Shown: piece after piece, positions 16,907 through 20,985 of the stretch
Layout: every line of letters starts with the position of its first letter
Position numbering within the stretch: the first letter of the stretch is position 1
From: Pseudobdellovibrionaceae bacterium
Lineage (GTDB): Bacteria > Bdellovibrionota > Bdellovibrionia > Bdellovibrionales > Bdellovibrionaceae
Direction of reading: 5' to 3'
Length of the DNA stretch: 20,985 nucleotides
Assembly (NCBI GenBank): GCA_041288045.1
Contig: JBGGMM010000085.1
Coordinates: 1-20,985, forward strand
Made by a program: the position numbers and the translations under genes
Notes under the pieces: model-generated
Told to the model about the DNA's origin: nothing
Seen by the model: only the letters and a program-made list of their open reading frames with translations
The model's database searches: none

Positions 16907-16940
16907 AAAGAAGCCCTGGAAACCCAGGGCTTCTTTTTTT
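16907..16940 (+). terminator. Rho-independent terminator
   Basis: AAAGAAGCCCTGG-AAAC-CCAGGGCTTCTTT followed by a T run, 4 bp after the stop at 16902. Confidence 0.9.
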
Positions 16941-16986
16941 CAGGCCTTGGCAGCCTTTGATTGTTTCAATTCAACGGAGGTCGTAA

Positions 16987-17925
16987 ATGCAAATGAAATT
17001 TTTTTTCCTCATGGCAGCTGTTGTTCTTGCTGGATCCACTCTCTCGGCACAAGTTTATACCCCCTCGGGATCACAAACCACGGCTTCTGATCAAGAAGAG
17101 GCCCAGCATCTTTTGGCGGGACATCGGTATTTGCCGTCAATTTACTTTCCAAATCCTTTAGCAGTACCGACTTTTGAATTTGATCTGGGATTTGGCTCTG
17201 GCTCGATCACTCGGGATTATCAATTTTCCACACGTGAGCTCAAGCTGGGAACCTTAGGACCTAAAGTCGAAGCGCAAATTAAAATTTTCGACCGGCTGGT
17301 TGTCATTGCCGGAATTGCCGGAAACATCGTTATGGGATTGGACAATGAATCCATTGCCTTTTATGGGGCTTCAGCCAAAACACGCCCGCGCTTAGGATTA
17401 CTTTATCAGATTACCAAAGAAGAACACAGCGCCATCAGCTTTGGGATGGAATGGGAAAAACCACAGATGATTCAGGCTTCACCCGTTGAAGCTCTCTCGC
17501 GAACAGTTGAATCCGCTCTTGGCGGTCCCGATCAACCACTGACAGATAAAGTTGAAACCGATCGTTGGCGACCGACGTTGAGAGGTGCTTATGCTTTCAA
17601 TCCGGCATTTGGCTTGAGTGCTTTCCTCGGAATGAATGTCGACACTGAGAATTTCAACAATGTGGAAAGTGAAAGTTCTCAATACCTTCTCGGGGCGAGC
17701 TTTGATGCCGACTTTAAACCCTTGGCTAGAATTCCAGTCGGGTTTTCTTTGACCTACCGATATTCAGACCGCGCCAATGGTGACGGTGATCCGACAAATA
17801 TTTTCACAATGGGAATATTTGAAACTTTCTCAAATCAATTCAATGCTGGAATCGAAGTTGGGCAGGCCACCTCCGGAAGCGACAGCCTGATGGTGGGATC
17901 CATCGTGACTCGTTACTACTATTGA
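16987..17925 (+). CDS. Putative outer-membrane beta-barrel protein, family not recognised
   Basis: GGAGG RBS, signal peptide ending in LSA, alternating hydrophobic strands and an aromatic C-terminus (VTRYYY) resembling a BAM signal. Confidence 0.72.
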   Translation: MQMKFFFLMAAVVLAGSTLSAQVYTPSGSQTTASDQEEAQHLLAGHRYLPSIYFPNPLAVPTFEFDLGFGSGSITRDYQFSTRELKLGTLGPKVEAQIKIFDRLVVIAGIAGNIVMGLDNESIAFYGASAKTRPRLGLLYQITKEEHSAISFGMEWEKPQMIQASPVEALSRTVESALGGPDQPLTDKVETDRWRPTLRGAYAFNPAFGLSAFLGMNVDTENFNNVESESSQYLLGASFDADFKPLARIPVGFSLTYRYSDRANGDGDPTNIFTMGIFETFSNQFNAGIEVGQATSGSDSLMVGSIVTRYYY

Positions 17926-17930
17926 CCTGA

Positions 17931-18563
17931 GTGGTGGAGGTTGAATTGGAAGGGTTGCCAGAAGAAAATGATCGAATCGAAATCGTCACTGGCTTGATCA
18001 TGGCTTTTGCTGGGGTTGTCACTTCCTGGTGCGGATATCAGGCAGCCCTTTGGAGTGGTCAGCAGTCCGCTCTTTATACCCAAGCCAATACTTTGAGTGT
18101 CCAAGCTTCTCGCGATGCCAATTCAGCTGGCCAATGGGCGCTGGTCGATATCACTTTTTTCGCTCAGTGGTCCAACGCCATCGGAGAGCAGAATTTGAAA
18201 TTGGCTCGCTTTTACGAAGAGCGTTTTCGTCCCGAGTTTTTAAGGGCTTTCCTGGCCTGGAAGAAAGATCCCAAGACTTACGGAACTCCCTTTCACCAGC
18301 CCGAATACAATCTGATCAAAGGGGATGAAGCTCTGAAACTGGAAACAAAATCCAGGGAAACCTATCTTCAGGGCGAAGAGGCGAATCACATTTCAGATGG
18401 CTATGTGCGAAGCACTGTTTTATTGGCAGTTGTACTCATGCTCGTCAGCAACATTCAGGATTTTCGCAAAAAAGGTGTTCGCTATGGATTGCTGGGGGTT
18501 GCTGGAATTCTTTTAGGCTACGTCATTTTTCATGTGGCCAGTTCTCCGATGCTTTTCATGTGA
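17931..18563 (+). CDS. Inner-membrane protein, DUF4337-like (N-terminal TM, periplasmic helices, two C-terminal TMs)
   Basis: 'EIVTGLIMAFAGVVTSWCGYQAALWSG', 'ERFRPEF..AF.AW' and 'PF..PEY' with terminal hydrophobic helices. The start may be TTG 17946 after GGAGG. Confidence 0.72.
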   Translation: MVEVELEGLPEENDRIEIVTGLIMAFAGVVTSWCGYQAALWSGQQSALYTQANTLSVQASRDANSAGQWALVDITFFAQWSNAIGEQNLKLARFYEERFRPEFLRAFLAWKKDPKTYGTPFHQPEYNLIKGDEALKLETKSRETYLQGEEANHISDGYVRSTVLLAVVLMLVSNIQDFRKKGVRYGLLGVAGILLGYVIFHVASSPMLFM

Positions 18564-18567
18564 AAAT

Positions 18568-18963
18568 TCAAGGGGCCGCGGTCTGGACGTAGACCACATT
18601 GGTCCCATCGTAAGCAGGTTGATAATAAGTGCTGCCACAGTGGTGGTAGGTCGCACCGGCTGAAACCGAAGTCACACAACCGGCCGGCAGAGCACTGATG
18701 CTCGCAACAGTTGCGGTCGTGGCAACTGGCGCCGAATGATGATGGGCGACGGCAGCCGTGGTTGCAACAGCGGCTGTGGCAATGGCGGCCCCAGCGACCA
18801 CCGTTCGGCGCGTGGTCCTGCGGGCCACACCGGCAACACTTCCGGGAGTCAAGGGCATGCCTACCACGGCATGAGCCTTTGAGGGAGAAAGAACAGAGAG
18901 CCCTTCATAAGCCGTCACCAGACACAAAAAGGAAAATATAAAATGGGTCGATTTTGTTTTCAT
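18568..18963 (-). CDS. Small secreted protein with a 'PLTPGSVAGVARRTTRR' motif and a DUF6515-like C-terminus
   Basis: Signal peptide ending in AHA, basic motif, Ala/Thr/Val-rich stretch, then LPAGC...YHHCG..YYQPAY. GAGG RBS 5 bp after the DUF2092 stop region. Confidence 0.8.
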   Translation of the reverse strand: MKTKSTHFIFSFLCLVTAYEGLSVLSPSKAHAVVGMPLTPGSVAGVARRTTRRTVVAGAAIATAAVATTAAVAHHHSAPVATTATVASISALPAGCVTSVSAGATYHHCGSTYYQPAYDGTNVVYVQTAAP

Positions 18964-18968
18964 CGGGA

Positions 18969-19784
18969 TTACCTCTTTTCCAGCGACTGTTTGTTTTGAA
19001 TGTCTTTGGCAAAGGAAATTCTCATGTCATCAGGAGAAGGCTTGAAAGTGAAAAATTCCGGAGAGAATTTGGGTGAAGGATTCCAGTTCTGAATTTCGAC
19101 CGATGCTGAAGGTGCTTGCGCCAATTTTTTTGTGACAATCATGAATTTCACTGGACGTGGCTTCGGACCATCAGCAATCCAGATCTGCCAATCAGTTTCA
19201 GTTCCGCGAAAGGCCAGGTGATGCACCATCAAGCCCTGGATTCGTGTCTTTCCCAAATACATGGAAGAGACCACATCCTCTTTGAGGATCTGATAGGGAT
19301 TGCTGTAGAGAAGATCTGACCCTGGAATTTCCAAATTCAGTTTTTCACGGGCCAAATCCATCGTCTGATCCAAAGTCGCCGGTGTCTTTGTTGTTGCATA
19401 ATATTTGGTTTCTTTTCCGTAGAGAGTCAGATTTTTTCCATCATAGAAAAGAGTCAGATCAGCCAGAAGACCTTTCCGATCTGATCGCACTTTATTGGGT
19501 CTTTGAACAGAGACTTGAGATTCGGATTCAAAACTCAATTTTTGACCAGAGTCAGTGACCACTTCTAGCGAGTGGCCGGCTCTGAAGCTGAAGGCCGGGA
19601 GTTTGGCCAGATAATCACTCATATTTTTCAGCAAGCGTTCGGCAACTGGGTCCATTGCTGGCTTTGTGTCTGGTGACTTCTCTTGAGCGAAAATCATTTC
19701 AAGCGGTAAGGGCAGACTGAGGATCAGGACCAGAAGAAATCGCCTCAGCCAGATGTGATTGGCAATCGGATTGAGAGTTTGCAT
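18969..19784 (-). CDS. DUF2092-family periplasmic protein (LolA/LppX-like fold predicted)
   Basis: 'LLKNMSDYLA...FSF', 'GQKL', 'VQRPNKVR', 'YDGKNLTLY', 'HHLAFR...DWQIWIADG..PRP' and 'WN..P....FTFKP'. GAGGAGG RBS and a signal peptide. Confidence 0.88.
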   Translation of the reverse strand: MQTLNPIANHIWLRRFLLVLILSLPLPLEMIFAQEKSPDTKPAMDPVAERLLKNMSDYLAKLPAFSFRAGHSLEVVTDSGQKLSFESESQVSVQRPNKVRSDRKGLLADLTLFYDGKNLTLYGKETKYYATTKTPATLDQTMDLAREKLNLEIPGSDLLYSNPYQILKEDVVSSMYLGKTRIQGLMVHHLAFRGTETDWQIWIADGPKPRPVKFMIVTKKLAQAPSASVEIQNWNPSPKFSPEFFTFKPSPDDMRISFAKDIQNKQSLEKR

Positions 19785-20006
19785 TTGAAACCTCCTCGGT
19801 CAAATATCCGCCTCTCCAATTTTGCCAGCAAAGAATTTAAAGCATTGTCACTGAGCGCAGCTGTGTCTTTCATCAGATGTAAATAAAAATTCATGCGCTC
19901 TTAACTCGGTCCTTGTTTGAAGTCAGGGGTGGTGGAATATGTCCAGGTTTCTTGTTGTTCAGAACTTTTGTCGATCCTATGGTGAGCTTAAGACCAGGAG
20001 GTTTGC

Positions 20007-20837
20007 ATGAAGCGCAGCTTAGTCGGCGTTGTCGTATTCACTTTCACTGCAAGTTTGGGATTTGCTCAAGAATCCACCAGCAGTGGGGTAGGGAGTTCTC
20101 GACAAATCGCCAAGTACCTCTCAAATCCGGTCTCTGAAGTGATCAGCATCCCAGTGCAATTCAACTATGATGAAAATATCGGGATCGATGATCAGGGAAG
20201 CAAGTGGACGACGAACATCCAACCCGTGGTTCCTATTCCCATGGGACGGCAGTGGAGTGTGATCAGCCGAACGATTTTACCGGTCATCAATCAAAAAGAC
20301 ATTGCTCCTGGAAGCGGCCAGCAATCTGGAACTGGCGATCTATTGCAAAGTTTTTTCTTTTCCTATAATCCCAAAGGCCCTTCTACTTCGGATATCATCT
20401 GGGGAGTCGGTCCGGCGATTTCCGCTCCCACTGCCAGTGATGAACTTTTAGGAAGCGAAAAATGGGGCGCTGGTCCCACATTCGTGGTGCTTCAGCAATT
20501 GGATCAAATGACTTATGGACTTCTCGCCAATCGAATTTGGTCCTTTGCCGGAGATGAAGACCGGGAAACTGTCGATGTCACATTCGCCCAGCCCTTCTTT
20601 GCCTACATCACACCCGATGCCTGGACCTACGCTTTGAACTTTGAGACCACTTATGACGGCGAATCCGAAGAATGGTCAGTTCCCATCAATTTCAATGTCA
20701 GTAAGGTTCTCAATTTCAATCAAGTCCCCATTCAGCTCGGCGCCGGCCTTCGCTATTGGATCGACACCCCAGAAACGGGCCCAGAAGACCTGGGCTACAG
20801 AGCCACAGTGACCTTCTTGTTGCCGCAGGTGAGATAA
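20007..20837 (+). CDS. Outer-membrane beta-barrel, putative channel (family often mislabelled 'neuromedin U')
   Basis: 'LSNPVSEVISIPVQFNYD', 'NIQPVVP', 'ISRTILP', 'GTGD', 'PTASDELLGSEKWGAGPT', 'WSVPIN' and a C-terminal 'RATVTFLLP'. AGGAGG RBS and signal peptide. Confidence 0.85.
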   Translation: MKRSLVGVVVFTFTASLGFAQESTSSGVGSSRQIAKYLSNPVSEVISIPVQFNYDENIGIDDQGSKWTTNIQPVVPIPMGRQWSVISRTILPVINQKDIAPGSGQQSGTGDLLQSFFFSYNPKGPSTSDIIWGVGPAISAPTASDELLGSEKWGAGPTFVVLQQLDQMTYGLLANRIWSFAGDEDRETVDVTFAQPFFAYITPDAWTYALNFETTYDGESEEWSVPINFNVSKVLNFNQVPIQLGAGLRYWIDTPETGPEDLGYRATVTFLLPQVR

Positions 20838-20929
20838 GCTTTGGAAACTGGCCTACCTTGCTGTGCATTTGAAAGGTGACTTTCTGAGTCTATCATTCTC
20901 ATGCATGGCCAGAATCTTGCCCTGATGGC

Positions 20930-20985
20930 GGGGCATGAGTGCCAAATGCCCCTTATGCCTTCCTCACCCCTTCAATCGTCCGAAT
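20930..20985 (-). other. Possible 3' end of a minus-strand gene (...IRTIEGVRKA*, stop 20953-20955) followed by a GGGGCAT/ATGCCCC hairpin
   Basis: An 11-codon open frame runs from the window edge, with a 7-bp inverted repeat at 20930-20952 directly after the stop. Too short to confirm. Confidence 0.3.

Noticed and set aside
18568..18963. RRTTRR as a Tat signal or RiPP precursor
   Set aside because: The arginines lie after a Sec-type signal ending in AHA and do not fit S/T-R-R-x-F-L-K. No RiPP modification enzymes are present in the window.
20007..20837. Relationship to the animal neuropeptide neuromedin U
   Set aside because: This is a propagated annotation label. The sequence looks like a bacterial OM beta-barrel with no peptide-hormone features.
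7677..20837. Envelope block as a mobile element, prophage or defence island
   Set aside because: No integrase, transposase, tRNA, att-like repeats, phage genes, nucleases or obvious compositional shift were seen. The PLD has ClsC-type rather than nuclease-type features.
1..20985. CRISPR array, rRNA, tRNA or known riboswitch
   Set aside because: There are no regularly spaced repeats, and all intergenic gaps are under 300 bp with no recognisable RNA-family motif by eye. An Infernal/Rfam scan would be needed to exclude small RNAs.

Overview
Bacterial (Gram-negative) chromosomal DNA, most likely Bdellovibrionota-like. This is an inference from a TIGR02147-type HTH gene divergent from a secreted-protein gene and the many short exported orphans. 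No rRNA, tRNA, CRISPR array, integrase or transposase was recognised. The left part (1-7.7 kb) holds a partial secreted protein, a TIGR02147-like regulator, a DsbA-like oxidoreductase, dbpA with an upstream coiled-coil gene, an orphan GAF-PAS histidine kinase, a DUF4082-like lipoprotein and small orphans. The right part (7.7-20.8 kb) is a dense block of 13 genes whose products are almost all predicted envelope proteins: an exported HAD phosphatase coupled to a bile acid:Na+ symporter-family carrier, AqpZ, three different outer-membrane beta-barrels, a 675-aa protein with three ~110-aa W..GPW repeats, a ClsC-like phospholipase D, an OmpA-domain lipoprotein with a Cys-repeat partner, a DUF4337-like membrane protein, and a DUF2092 protein paired with a small 'TPGSVAGVARRTTRR' secreted protein. 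This block is the best candidate for an uncharacterised envelope system. All family names come from motif recognition by eye; no database search was run.
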